A DNA stretch of 64,000 nucleotides, taken from the NCBI GenBank assembly GCA_031375065.1, contig JANMHH010000076.1, positions 2,614-66,613 of the forward strand. The letters are read 5' to 3'. Both the position numbers and the translations under genes were made by a program. The DNA comes from Rubrivivax sp. (GTDB lineage Bacteria > Pseudomonadota > Gammaproteobacteria > Burkholderiales > Burkholderiaceae_C). The notes under the pieces were generated by a model that was given only the letters and a program-made list of their open reading frames with translations, was not told where the DNA came from and did not search any database. Shown here in pieces: positions 38,404-48,703 of the stretch; positions within the stretch are counted from its first letter, which is position 1, and every line of letters begins with the position of its first letter.

Positions 38404-39929
38404 GGTGACTTTCGCTGGCCGGCGGGCGCAATCCTCAGCGCCTCGCGGTACTTGGCCACGGTGCGCCGCGCCACCTGGATGCCCTGCTCTTCCAGCATGG
38501 TGCTGAGTTGGCTGTCGGACAACGGCTTGAGGCCGTTTTCGGCGCTGACAAACTGTTGGATCAGGGCCCGCACCGCGGTGCTGGAGGCGTTGCCACCGGC
38601 CTCGGTGTTGAGCGACGAACCGAAAAAATACTTCAGCTCAAAGGTGCCCTGCGGCGTGGCCATGTACTTGGCGGTGGTGACGCGCGAGATGGTGCTTTCA
38701 TGCAGGCCCAGCTCGTCGGCGATCTCGCGCAGCACCAAGGGCTTCATGGCAATGGCGCCATGCGTGAAAAAGGCCTTCTGCCGCTCGACGATGGCTTTGC
38801 TGACGCGCAGGATGGTGTCAAAGCGCTGCTGGATGTTCTTGACGAACCAGCGCGCCTCTTGCAGGCGCGACGACATGCCGGGGTTGGCCGAAGCCCCACG
38901 CAGGCCCTTGGAAGCCTGGGCGTAGATGTCGTTGATGCGCAGCTTGGGCATCACGTCGGGGTTGAGCTGCACGCTCAGGCCCCGCCCGGTCTTCTTGACC
39001 ACCACATCGGGAATGACGATGTTGCTGACCGCCAATGAAAACGGCCGTCCGGGTTTGGGTTCACAAGCGCGGATCAGCTCCTGGGCCAGGCGCACGGTGT
39101 CTTCATCACAGCCGGTCAGCACCGCCAGCCGCTTGAAGTCGCGCCGAGCCAGCAGATCCAGGTACTGCTCGCTGATGCGCAGCGCGACTTGGCGCGCCGG
39201 GCAGCGGCGCGTGGCCTTGAGTTGCAGCGCCAGGCACTCGCTGAGCGAGCGTGCACCCACACCCAAGGGGTCCAGGCTTTGCAGCCACTTCAGCGCGCAG
39301 GCCAGGCGTTCGTCCAGGCCTTCACGGCCTTCGGCCGAGTCGACGCCGAACATCTCCGCCAGCCGCTCGGCGATCTCGGGCAGCGGGTCGGCCAGATAGC
39401 CGTCACCGTCCAGTGACTCGATCAGGACTTCAATCGCCGCATGGTCTTCGGGGCTCAGACGCATGCCCACCAGCTGCGAACGCAGGTGGTCCTGCAGGCT
39501 GCCGACGCTGCTGCGGCGTTCTTCCATGTCCGAGTCGCCGCCCTCGCCCGTGGCTGCTGCGCCGCTGGGGGTCTCGCGGATGCCGTCGAAGTCGTCGCCT
39601 TCGGTGCCGTTTTCCCAGTCTTCGCGTTCGGTGGTGCCAAATTCGTCGGCGCGCAGTTCGGTGGCGGTGTCGCTGGTCTCGGCGGCGGCCGGGGTGTCCG
39701 CCTCGGCGGCGTTGTCGGCCGGTCGATCGGCGGCCTGGCGCTCGAGCGGGGTTTCAAAGGGTGTGGCTGGCGCGTCTTCTTCCATTTCCAGGAAGGGGTT
39801 CTGGTCCAGCATCTGGCCGACTTCCTGGTGCAGTTCCAGCGTGGACAGCTGCAGCAGGCGGATGGATTGCTGCAGCTGGGGCGTCAGCGCCAGATGCTGG
39901 GACAGGCGTACCTGAAGTGAAGGCTTCAT
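38400..39929 (-). CDS. rpoN: RNA polymerase sigma-54 factor
   Basis: LTPQLQQSIRLLQL, HESTISR, RpoN box ARRTVAKYR. Confidence 0.97.
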   Translation of the reverse strand: MKPSLQVRLSQHLALTPQLQQSIRLLQLSTLELHQEVGQMLDQNPFLEMEEDAPATPFETPLERQAADRPADNAAEADTPAAAETSDTATELRADEFGTTEREDWENGTEGDDFDGIRETPSGAAATGEGGDSDMEERRSSVGSLQDHLRSQLVGMRLSPEDHAAIEVLIESLDGDGYLADPLPEIAERLAEMFGVDSAEGREGLDERLACALKWLQSLDPLGVGARSLSECLALQLKATRRCPARQVALRISEQYLDLLARRDFKRLAVLTGCDEDTVRLAQELIRACEPKPGRPFSLAVSNIVIPDVVVKKTGRGLSVQLNPDVMPKLRINDIYAQASKGLRGASANPGMSSRLQEARWFVKNIQQRFDTILRVSKAIVERQKAFFTHGAIAMKPLVLREIADELGLHESTISRVTTAKYMATPQGTFELKYFFGSSLNTEAGGNASSTAVRALIQQFVSAENGLKPLSDSQLSTMLEEQGIQVARRTVAKYREALRIAPAGQRKSP

Positions 39930-39935
39930 CGCAGG

Positions 39936-40697
39936 TCACATGCGGAAATGTTCACCGAGGTACACCCGTCGAACCTGGGCGTCGGCCACGATGTCCTGCG
40001 GCGTGCCTTCGGCCAACACGCTGCCGTCGCTGATGATGTAGGCGCGGTCGCAGATGCCCAGCGTCTCGCGCACGTTGTGGTCGGTGATCAGCACGCCGAT
40101 GCCGCGTGAGCGCAGGAAGCCGATGATGCGTTGGATCTCGATCACCGCAATCGGGTCCACGCCAGCAAAGGGTTCGTCGAGCAAGATGAAGCGCGGCTGG
40201 GTGGCCAGGGCGCGCGCGATCTCGACCCGGCGACGTTCGCCGCCCGACAGCGCGGGTGCGGGGGAGTCGCGCAGCTTGTCGATCGACAGGTCGATCAACA
40301 GCTTGTTCAGCTGCTCTTCGATGAAGGCCGGTTTCAAGGCGCGGCCGTCGGACCCCAGCTGCAGCTCCAACACCGCGCGGATGTTTTCTTCGACCGTCAA
40401 CTTGCGAAAGATGGACGCTTCCTGCGGCAGGTAGGACAGCCCCAGGCGGGAACGCCGGTGGATGGGCAAACCTTCAACGGCCCGACCATCGATGCTGATC
40501 TGGCCTGCGTCCGGCCGCACCAAGCCCACCACCATGTAAAACGTGGTGGTCTTGCCCGCACCGTTGGGGCCCAACAGACCCACCACCTCGCCAGCGGCGA
40601 CGGCCAGGTTCACGTCCTTCACCACGGTGCGCGGGCCAAAGCTCTTGCGCAGCTGGTGTGCCTCGAGCCGACTCGGGCTGGCAACGGCTTCAACCAT
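39936..40697 (-). CDS. lptB: LPS export ABC ATPase
   Basis: [44 protein letters not shown]. Confidence 0.95.
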   Translation of the reverse strand: MVEAVASPSRLEAHQLRKSFGPRTVVKDVNLAVAAGEVVGLLGPNGAGKTTTFYMVVGLVRPDAGQISIDGRAVEGLPIHRRSRLGLSYLPQEASIFRKLTVEENIRAVLELQLGSDGRALKPAFIEEQLNKLLIDLSIDKLRDSPAPALSGGERRRVEIARALATQPRFILLDEPFAGVDPIAVIEIQRIIGFLRSRGIGVLITDHNVRETLGICDRAYIISDGSVLAEGTPQDIVADAQVRRVYLGEHFRM

Positions 40698-41326
40698 CAG
40701 GGGCGACCGCCCAAGGCCCTGGACGGGGTCAACGGCGAGGTCACGGGCGCTGCCGAGGCCGCCGACTCCACCCGCGGGCTGAGCACGGCGCGCACCCGAC
40801 CCGTCGGGTTGGCGGGCGTGGCGTTGCCGCCTTCGACCTTGAAGACCTCGGCAGTGTTGTCCCACAGGATGCTGGCGCCAGTGATTTCATCGGCCACCAC
40901 GCCCGCACGAAGCCGACGCACCGCGCCGTTGCCGACAAAGCGCAAGCTGTCGGCACGGCCGTCGAAGTCGATCCGGTCGGCGCTGCCTTCGACCGTTTCA
41001 TCAACCCCGTCGCGCCGCTGCCGCCAACTGGCGGGTTTGGCAACGCTGCCCAGCGCGCTGGCGGCACGGTAGCCGTCGGGCAGGGTGCGCATTTCGACGC
41101 GCTCGGCGCGCAGGACCATGCTGCCCTGGGATATGACCACATTGCCGGTGTAGACCAGGACCTGGCGCTGCAGGTCCACCACCGCGTCGCGATCGGCTTC
41201 AACCACCATCGGCTTGCTGCGGTCGGCCTTTTCGGCTCGCGCATCGCCCGCCATCAGGCTGGAGCCCAGCGTCAACGACAGGGTCCAGGCAAGAAGTGAA
41301 ACGGAGGCGGGCACGAGTGCGGGCAT
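40697..41326 (-). CDS. lptA: LPS transport periplasmic protein
   Basis: [27 protein letters not shown]; directly upstream of lptB. Confidence 0.9.
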   Translation of the reverse strand: MPALVPASVSLLAWTLSLTLGSSLMAGDARAEKADRSKPMVVEADRDAVVDLQRQVLVYTGNVVISQGSMVLRAERVEMRTLPDGYRAASALGSVAKPASWRQRRDGVDETVEGSADRIDFDGRADSLRFVGNGAVRRLRAGVVADEITGASILWDNTAEVFKVEGGNATPANPTGRVRAVLSPRVESAASAAPVTSPLTPSRALGGRP

Positions 41327-41531
41327 GGGCACGGCATGAAAGTTGCAGTGCAGTATAGCCACCCAGCCCGAGCTACTCGGGTAAACGCTGTGAATTCGGG
41401 CCGGAAGTACGGCCTTTGAGGGCTCGCTTCGCGGCCTGAAGCGCGGCCTGAAGCGCGGCACTTCTTCAAGCTGCTTTCAAGCCGCCCCAGCGCCCCGCTG
41501 AGGCGCAGCTCCGGCCTCGATCAAGCCTCGA

Positions 41532-42185
41532 TCAGGCCTTCTGGCGCGCCAATTGAATCAGAAAATCGGTCACCGCCACGGCGCGCTCGTGGCTCCCCGC
41601 CAACGATGCCGCCGTGTAAAAGCGGCCATGAATCCCGAGCGCTGGCACACCGTCGATCTTGTAGGCGTCTGCCAATTGCTTGGCGCGATTGGCTTTGGTG
41701 GTGGCACCAAAGGACTTCATCGCCTCGACCAGCTTGGCGCCGTCGGCACCGTTTGCGGTGGCAAAGGCCTGCACTTCGGACTCGGAGTTGAGGCGCTTGT
41801 TTTGCTGGTGGATGGCCGCAAAAACCTTGCGGTGCAGGCTGGCGAACTGCCCGGTCTCTTCCAGGGCGTAAAACAGCTTCTGATGAAACTGGTGTGGCGC
41901 CATGAAGCCCACCGGCACCTGGCGGAAGCTCACATCGGCGGGTAGCTTCTTGACCCAGGCTTCGAGCACCGGCTCAAAGGCGTAGCAGTGCGGGCAGCCG
42001 TACCAGAAGAACTCCACCACCTCGATCTTCTTGTCGGGGGTGGGCAGCGTCACCGGCGCGGCGGTGGACAGCTTGACGTAGTGCGTGCCCTCTTTGGGCG
42101 CAGCAGCTTGGGCGCGCACGGCACCGGTCAATGCCAAGCCCAGGCCAGCGCCCGCAAGTTGCCTGGAGAAGTCGCGCCGTTGCAT
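41532..42185 (-). CDS. dsbA: Thiol:disulfide interchange protein
   Basis: EFFWYGCPHC, IDGVP. Confidence 0.93.
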   Translation of the reverse strand: MQRRDFSRQLAGAGLGLALTGAVRAQAAAPKEGTHYVKLSTAAPVTLPTPDKKIEVVEFFWYGCPHCYAFEPVLEAWVKKLPADVSFRQVPVGFMAPHQFHQKLFYALEETGQFASLHRKVFAAIHQQNKRLNSESEVQAFATANGADGAKLVEAMKSFGATTKANRAKQLADAYKIDGVPALGIHGRFYTAASLAGSHERAVAVTDFLIQLARQKA

Positions 42186-42266
42186 GGATTTCCTTTCGGT
42201 GGGGTGATGGGTGAATGGGGCCTGCGCCAATGCCGGCGCAGTTCCGATGTCAATCTCGGCAAAAAC

Positions 42267-42941
42267 TCATGGCTTTTCGACGCGCACGATTTGTGACTCC
42301 AGGCCTTGTTCCTGCAACCTGACCTGCAGCCCGTCGGCATCGACGCGTGACGGAAAAGGCCCCAAGCGCACCCGGTACATGGTGCGCCCGGCCTGCTCTC
42401 GTTCGGTGATTCTGGCGGCTTGTCCGATCATGGCCAACTTGGCCCTTTGCGCTTCAGCGTCTTCACTGCGCGTGAAGGCTCCGGCCTGCACGAAGTAGAT
42501 GAACGGTTCTCCAGCCGTTGTGGTGGACCGCGTCGGTGAATCGCTGGGCTGACCCGGGGTTTGACCCGCCAGGATGGCCGCGGGGTCGCGCGCGGGCGGC
42601 CTGCTGGCCGCGGGAGCCGAAGCCGCCACACCCGGGGCAGCGCCTGCAGTGGGCGGCGCTGCGGCACCCGTGGGCAGCCCGACCGGTGCCGCTGCCGCCG
42701 ATGCGGCTGCCGCCGCACTGGCCGCCCGGGACACGGCCTTGCCACCCAAGGCGGCATTGGGGTCCCAGTTGCGGTTGCGTTCGGTTTCGGCGGTGTCTTG
42801 CTCCGCGGTGCGCTGTGGCACCTTGTTGATGAACGGCACCGGCGCCTTGGTGATGTAGAGGGCCACACCCAGCGCCAACGTCAGGCCGATCAACAGGCCT
42901 GCCACCAGGCCCATGGCAAAACCACCTCGCTGTGACGTCAT
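42267..42941 (-). CDS. SPOR domain cell-division protein (FtsN-like)
   Basis: N-terminal TM helix, Ala/Pro linker, YFVQAGAF...YRVRLGPF; argS-SPOR-dsbA order. Confidence 0.88.
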   Translation of the reverse strand: MTSQRGGFAMGLVAGLLIGLTLALGVALYITKAPVPFINKVPQRTAEQDTAETERNRNWDPNAALGGKAVSRAASAAAAASAAAAPVGLPTGAAAPPTAGAAPGVAASAPAASRPPARDPAAILAGQTPGQPSDSPTRSTTTAGEPFIYFVQAGAFTRSEDAEAQRAKLAMIGQAARITEREQAGRTMYRVRLGPFPSRVDADGLQVRLQEQGLESQIVRVEKP

Positions 42942-42975
42942 GAAAGCTTCCTTGCGGCCACGGCCGTCATTCAAT

Positions 42976-44679
42976 TCAAGTTTCGCGGTTCATGGACTCG
43001 GGCGCCGACACGCCCAAGACCGCCAGCGCGTTGCGCAAGACCTGTGCCGTCGCGCTCAACAAGGCCATGCGGGCCAGGGCCAAGGCCGCGTCGTCCACCA
43101 GGAAACGCTCCGCCGCATAGTAGGCGTGAAAGGCAGCCGCCAATTCCCGCAGGTAAAAGGCCACGTCGTGCGGCGCCAGGTCCGCTGCGGCACGGGTCAG
43201 CATGTCAGGGTAATCGGCCAGCTTCAGCATCAGCGACGCCTCGGCAGGTGCCACCAACAGAGACAGGTCAGCCGCGGTCACGTCCTGGGCACCGGCGGTC
43301 TTCTCGCGCCAGGCCGCTAACACCGAGCACAACCGCGCGTGTGCATACTGCACGTAGAAGACCGGGTTCTCGTCGTTGGCCTTCAGGGCCAGGTCGACGT
43401 CGAAGGTGAACTCGGTATCGGCCTTGCGGCTGATGAGGAAAAAGCGCACCGCATCACGGCTGGTCCAGTCGATCAGGTCGCGCACCGACACCGAGGTGCC
43501 GGCCCGCTTGGACATCTTGACCTCCTGGCCACCCTTCATCACGGCAATCATCTTGTACAGCACGTAGTCCGGGTAACCCGGCGGGATGCCCAGCCCCACC
43601 GCCTGCAGGCCGGCCCGCACACGGGCCACCGTGCCGTGGTGGTCGGTGCCTTGCACGTTGATGACCTGGGTGTAGCCGCGCTCGAACTTGGCCAGGTGGT
43701 AGGCCACGTCGGGCACAAAGTAGGTGTAGCTGCCGTCTTGCTTGCGCATGACACGGTCTTTGTCGTCGCCGTAGTCGGTGGTGCGCAGCCACAGCGCGCC
43801 GCCTTCTTCGAAGGTCTTGCCAGACTGGATCAGGCGCTGCACCGTGTCTTCGACACGCCCGCTGCTGTAAAGGCTGCTTTCCAGAAAGTAGTGGTCGAAG
43901 TGCACGCCAAAGGCCTGCAGGTCCAGGTCCTGTTCGTGACGCAGGAAGGCCACGGCAAAGTGGGTGATGTCCTCCAGGTCGTCGACCTTGCCGCTGGCCG
44001 TAAAACTGCGGTCGTCGGCCTGCACGGTCTTCTGGGCCCGATAGTCGGCCGCGATGTCGCTGATGTACTCGCCGTTGTAGGCGTTTTCGGGCCAGCCCGC
44101 GTCCCCCGGCTTCAAACCCTGCAGCCGCTTTTGCACCGACAAGCCCAGGTTGTTGATCTGCACCCCGGCGTCGTTGTAATAAAACTCGCGCAACACCTCG
44201 GCACCCTGGCTTTGCAGAAGGCTGCAGATGCAGTCACCCAACGCTGCGTTGCGTCCGTGGCCCACGTGCAACGGGCCGGTGGGGTTGGCCGACACGAACT
44301 CAACCATCACCTTGCGCCCGCTGGGCGGTTGTTGGCCAAAACGATGCTGTGCGAGCAGCACTTCGGCCACCACGGCCTGCTTGGCAGCAGCGGACAGGCG
44401 CAGGTTGATGAAGCCCGGCCCGGCAATCTCGAGCGCCTGCACCCAACGCTGAATGGCTGGCTGCTGCTGCAACAGGTCGAGCAGGCGCTGCGCCACCTCG
44501 CGCGGGTTTTTCTTCAAGGGACGGGCCAACTGCATCGCGCAGGTCACGGCCAGGTCGCCATGGCTGGCCTGCTTGGGCGACTCAAAGTCGGCCACCGGCA
44601 CCGCCGTGCCGGCTTCTCCCGCCAACTGCGTCAACGCCGCCTGCAGCGCTTGGCGCAGCTCTTGTTTCACTTCAATCAT
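42976..44679 (-). CDS. argS: Arginine--tRNA ligase
   Basis: [29 protein letters not shown]. Confidence 0.97.
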   Translation of the reverse strand: MIEVKQELRQALQAALTQLAGEAGTAVPVADFESPKQASHGDLAVTCAMQLARPLKKNPREVAQRLLDLLQQQPAIQRWVQALEIAGPGFINLRLSAAAKQAVVAEVLLAQHRFGQQPPSGRKVMVEFVSANPTGPLHVGHGRNAALGDCICSLLQSQGAEVLREFYYNDAGVQINNLGLSVQKRLQGLKPGDAGWPENAYNGEYISDIAADYRAQKTVQADDRSFTASGKVDDLEDITHFAVAFLRHEQDLDLQAFGVHFDHYFLESSLYSSGRVEDTVQRLIQSGKTFEEGGALWLRTTDYGDDKDRVMRKQDGSYTYFVPDVAYHLAKFERGYTQVINVQGTDHHGTVARVRAGLQAVGLGIPPGYPDYVLYKMIAVMKGGQEVKMSKRAGTSVSVRDLIDWTSRDAVRFFLISRKADTEFTFDVDLALKANDENPVFYVQYAHARLCSVLAAWREKTAGAQDVTAADLSLLVAPAEASLMLKLADYPDMLTRAAADLAPHDVAFYLRELAAAFHAYYAAERFLVDDAALALARMALLSATAQVLRNALAVLGVSAPESMNRET

Positions 44680-44876
44680 CGGGCGATTCTACTTTTGACC
44701 CCTTGCCGCCAGGCGCCGTGGGCAGGGGACCTGAGCCGAGGTCGATCGGCGCCAGCGTTCAGGCCCAGGGGCCTGGAAACCGGCTGCTTCGAAGATGGCC
44801 AGCGATTGGCCGCTTGTTCACGCCTTTGTGTCAGCAGGGCAGGGCTCACCATTGCCGTTGCCGACCCTGACCCTTC

Positions 44877-46232
44877 ATGACCCCGACTTCGATCGCCAAC
44901 CCACCCAACCCACTGCCCATGGCGCGGTTGCCTTCGCGCATTGGCAAGTACATCGTCAAGTCCAAGATTGGCGAGGGCGCCACCAGCGAAGTTTTCCTGG
45001 CACACGACCCCTTTTCGAAACAGGACGTGGCCATCAAGCGGGTGCGCTCCGGGCTGCTGCAGGACGCCCGCGAATCGCATTTTCAGCAGTGCTTCTTTGA
45101 AGCCGAGGCCGCGTTGGTCGGGCAGCTACAGCACCCCAACGTGGTGAAGATCCTGGATGCCGTGGCCGACGCCGACGCGCCCTATCTGGTGATGGAGTAC
45201 ATCAACGGCGTGACCTTGCGCCGCTACTGCCGCGCCGACCGGCTGCTGCCGCTGACCCAGATCATCGAAATCGGCTTCAAGTGCGCCATGGCGTTGGGCT
45301 ATTGTTTTCGCCAAGGCCTGATTCACCGCGATGTCAAACCCGCCAACCTGTTGGTGACGCTGGACGGTGACCGCATCGGCGAGGTCAAGGTCACCGACTT
45401 CGGCAGCGTTTTCAACCTCGGCGCCGACCGCACCCAGGTCTACCGCGTGGGCAGCCTGGCCTACATGTCGCCCGAGCAGCTCGACGGCGACCCCTTGGAC
45501 TGCCGGGCCGACATCTACTCGCTGGGCACCGTGCTCTACCACCTGGTGGCGGGTCGCCCGCCGTTTGACGCCGTGCAGCAGCCGGCGATCATGAACCAGA
45601 TCTACCACGGCACCGCACCGCCGCTGGCCTCGCTGCGCGATGGCGTGCCAGCCGCGCTGCAATCGCTGATCGAACGCTGTCTGGCCAAGGAACGCGAGTT
45701 GCGCCCGGCCAACTGGGAAGAATTCGCCCAGGCCTTGTCGGCCGTCAGTGCAGAGAACCCGCACCTGCGCGGACCGGTGCAAGAGGTGTTGGACTCGGAA
45801 CGTTTCACCTTGTTGAGATCGCTGGACTTCTTCGCCGACTTTGGCGACGTCGAGCTGTGGGAAGTGGTGCACCGCGCGTCGTGGCACCGCCACACCTATG
45901 GTCAGGCGCTGTATCGCAAAGGTGAAGAAGGCAACAGCTTTCACATCGTCACGCAGGGCCAGGTGGAGGTCTACCGCGACGGCCGCTCGGTGGCGACGTT
46001 GGGGTCGGGCAGCTCGGTCGGCGAAATGGCCTACCTGGCGCCCAACCCGGCACTGCGTGTGCACACCGTGGACATCCTGGTGTCGCAGCCCGCCACCACC
46101 GTGTCGTTCACGCCCGACAGCCTGCAGCGGCTGTCCTTGTCCACCCGCCACCTGTTTGACAAAGCCTTCATTCGCGTTCTGGTGCGCCGCCTTCATGCGG
46201 CGCAGGAAGCCGCTGCTGGTTCACGAACCTAG
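44877..46232 (+). CDS. Hanks-type Ser/Thr kinase with C-terminal cNMP-binding domain
   Basis: IGEGA, VAIK, HRDVKPAN, DFG, YMSPE; C-terminal GEEG...VGEMAYL. Confidence 0.9.
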   Translation: MTPTSIANPPNPLPMARLPSRIGKYIVKSKIGEGATSEVFLAHDPFSKQDVAIKRVRSGLLQDARESHFQQCFFEAEAALVGQLQHPNVVKILDAVADADAPYLVMEYINGVTLRRYCRADRLLPLTQIIEIGFKCAMALGYCFRQGLIHRDVKPANLLVTLDGDRIGEVKVTDFGSVFNLGADRTQVYRVGSLAYMSPEQLDGDPLDCRADIYSLGTVLYHLVAGRPPFDAVQQPAIMNQIYHGTAPPLASLRDGVPAALQSLIERCLAKERELRPANWEEFAQALSAVSAENPHLRGPVQEVLDSERFTLLRSLDFFADFGDVELWEVVHRASWHRHTYGQALYRKGEEGNSFHIVTQGQVEVYRDGRSVATLGSGSSVGEMAYLAPNPALRVHTVDILVSQPATTVSFTPDSLQRLSLSTRHLFDKAFIRVLVRRLHAAQEAAAGSRT

Positions 46233-46496
46233 GTTGCTTGGCTGGGCTGGCTGCAGGTCTCTCGGCAGGGCTGGCCGTTGACCGCTTGACGTGGCCGGCT
46301 GGGGCCACCGGGCGCAGTCGCCCACCTCACAACGAGCCGTCCGACCCTGTTCCTTAGGTGGGGGCAACAACGGTGCGTCATCGATTGGCCACCCCCGTGC
46401 GTTTACCGGTAGCCGAGCGCCGTGGTGTCTGTTGCAATCGACAGCGGCGCTTGAAGCCAATTCGTTTCCCCACTGCCAAACCCTACGAGGAGCTCC

Positions 46497-46769
46497 ATGA
46501 AAAAGTCCCTGCTCACCATCGCCCTGGCCACATTCAGCCTCTTTGCGACCCACGCTTTTGCAGCCGACGCCGCCTGCGAGGCCAAGGCCGTCGACAAAAA
46601 CGGCAAGGCACTGGCTGGCGCTGCCAAGACCAGCTTCATGAAGAAGTGCGAGGGCGGTTCAGCCAAATCTTCCTGTGAAGCCAAGGCCGTCGACAAGAAC
46701 GGCAAGGCCCTGGCTGGCGCGGCCAAGACCAGCAGCATCAAGAAGTGCGAAGCCGACTCCAAGAAGTAA
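46497..46769 (+). CDS. Small secreted protein with two Cys-bounded PsiF-like repeats
   Basis: AGGAG RBS, signal peptide, 2x CEAKAVDKNGKALAGAAKTSxxKKCE (DNA units at 46575 and 46674). Confidence 0.85.
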   Translation: MKKSLLTIALATFSLFATHAFAADAACEAKAVDKNGKALAGAAKTSFMKKCEGGSAKSSCEAKAVDKNGKALAGAAKTSSIKKCEADSKK

Positions 46770-46794
46770 ACGAAGCGACCCGTCTTCACCTTCG

Positions 46795-46821
46795 AAAAAG
46801 GGCGCTGAGGCGCCCTTTTTT
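46795..46821. terminator. Bidirectional intrinsic terminator
   Basis: AAAAAGGGCGC-TGAG-GCGCCCTTTTTT between convergent genes. Confidence 0.9.
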
Positions 46822-46881
46822 CTTGGGGCTACCCGGCGCAAGCAGCACCACCGGGGCCCGCCGCGCCGCCGCGCCGCCGCG

Positions 46882-47798
46882 CTAAAGCGATCCGGCACCC
46901 GACCAGTACCGGGGGTCGCCGTAGCTGTGTTTGATGAAGTCGATCCACAAGCGCACCCGCAGCGGCAGGTGCTTGCGCTGCGCAAACACCGCGTAGATGC
47001 CATTGGCCGGCGCTGCAAAGTCTTCCAGCACCACTTGCAGCGTACCGGCGCGGACCTCGTCCTCCACTTCCCAGGTGCTACGCCAGGCCAGCCCAAGCCG
47101 CGCAGGCACCAGTCGTGCAAGACCTGGCCGTCGCTGCAGTCCAGCCGCCCGCCCGGGCGCAAATGGGTGACTGCGCCATCGACCACAAAGGCCCAACCGC
47201 GGGTTTGGCTGGCGTCCGAGCTCAAGGTCAGGCACTGGTGGCGCATCAGTTCTGCAGGCGTGGCTGGCGTTCCCGCGCGCGCCAGGTAGCTGGGCGCGGC
47301 CACGCACAAGCGGCGGTTGTCGGCCAGCCTCACGCTGACCAAGCTGCTGTCGGGCAGGTCGCCCACCCGCACCGCGCAATCAAAGCTCTCGTTGACGATG
47401 TCCACCACGCGGTCGCTGAGGTTCAAGGAAACGCTCACCTCCGGGTGCTGCGCCACAAACCCGGGCACCAACGGTGCCACGTGGCGGCGGCCGAACCCGG
47501 CTGGCGCGGTGATGCGCAGATGGCCACTGGCTTTGACCCCGCCCGCGCTGACGCTGGCTTCGGCGTTGGCCAGATCGGACAGCAAGCGCTGGCAGTCCTC
47601 CAAAAATGCGCTGCCTTCGTGGGTCAGGCTGATGCGACGCGTGGTGCGCAACAGCAACTTCACACCCAAGCGCTCTTCCAGCGCGTCAATGCGCCGCCCG
47701 ATGACCGCTGGCGCCACGCCTTCGGCGTTGGCGGTGGCCGTCAGGCTGCCTTTGGCCGCCACCGCGACAAAGGATTCAATCTGTTTGAGTCGGTCCAT
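46882..47798 (-). pseudogene. LysR-type regulator with a 1-nt frameshift near 47091 (real or sequencing error)
   Basis: N-terminal HTH ORF reads ...WCLRGLG and then loses similarity; the expected LAWRSTWEV...LPLRVRLWIDF continues in another frame. Confidence 0.8.
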
Positions 47799-47883
47799 GA
47801 CGCGTCATTATGCGCTTCAAGCGCACAAATCTTTGACTTCTTGGCAGCTTAATGCCGTTCAGCGCATCGAATAGACTGCCTGC

Positions 47884-48573
47884 ATGAAGTTGCGCGCGGT
47901 TCTGTTTGACGCCTACGGCACGCTGTTCGACGTGCACAGCGTGGCCCTGTTGGCCGAGCAATTGTTCCCCGGTCAGGGCGAGCGGCTCAGCTTGCTCTGG
48001 CGCGACAAGCAGATCGAGTACACCCGACTGGTGACCATGAGCGGGCCCCAAGGTGAGCACTACAGGCCATTCTGGGACATCACCCGCGCCGCGCTGCGAC
48101 AGGCCGCCGCGCGACTGGGGCTGGACCTGGTCCCGGCCGCCGAAGACCGCCTGATGAACCAGTACCGGCACCTGAGCGCCTTCGCCGAAAACCACGCGGT
48201 GCTCACCGAGTTGCGGCGCCGTGGCGTGGTGACCGGCACCCTGAGCAACGGCGACCCCAACATGCTGGCGGTGGCCGTCAAGAGCGCCGGTTTTGCCGAC
48301 CTGCTGGGTCACGTCATCAGCGTTGACTCGGTACGCCGCTACAAGACCGACCCCGCCGCCTATGCCCTGGGACCCGCCGCGCTGGGCTTGCCGGCCCGCG
48401 ACATTCTTTTTGTCAGCAGCAACGCCTGGGACGCCATCGGCGCGACCTGGTTCGGCTACACCACCCTGTGGGTCAACCGCGCCGGCGCACCACCCGAGCA
48501 GCTGGGCACCGATCCGACCTTCACCGGACGCAGCCTGCGCGATGTGCTGACGCACTTTGCGCCGGCGGTCTGA
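47884..48573 (+). CDS. Haloacid dehalogenase type II
   Basis: [29 protein letters not shown]. Confidence 0.9.
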   Translation: MKLRAVLFDAYGTLFDVHSVALLAEQLFPGQGERLSLLWRDKQIEYTRLVTMSGPQGEHYRPFWDITRAALRQAAARLGLDLVPAAEDRLMNQYRHLSAFAENHAVLTELRRRGVVTGTLSNGDPNMLAVAVKSAGFADLLGHVISVDSVRRYKTDPAAYALGPAALGLPARDILFVSSNAWDAIGATWFGYTTLWVNRAGAPPEQLGTDPTFTGRSLRDVLTHFAPAV

Positions 48574-48587
48574 AGCCCGATGGCCGC

Positions 48588-48645
48588 CAACCCGCAGCGT
48601 CGCCACCCGGCTTGCCTTCGCCCGAGCGCTGGGTTGCGCTTTTTT
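48588..48645 (+). terminator. Possible terminator/attenuator hairpin before glcB
   Basis: Imperfect stem CAACCCGCAGCG...CGCTGGGTTG followed by a T6 run. Confidence 0.35.
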
Positions 48646-48703
48646 GCGGCGCTTCTTCACCGCCCTGACCCCCATCCCGCCAACTTCTGATCACGCCAGA
48701 ACC

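Noticed and set aside
42100-42185. Twin-arginine-like signal (QRRDF) on DsbA
   Set aside because: To my knowledge such N-termini are common in DsbA of this group; no further evidence of an unusual export route.
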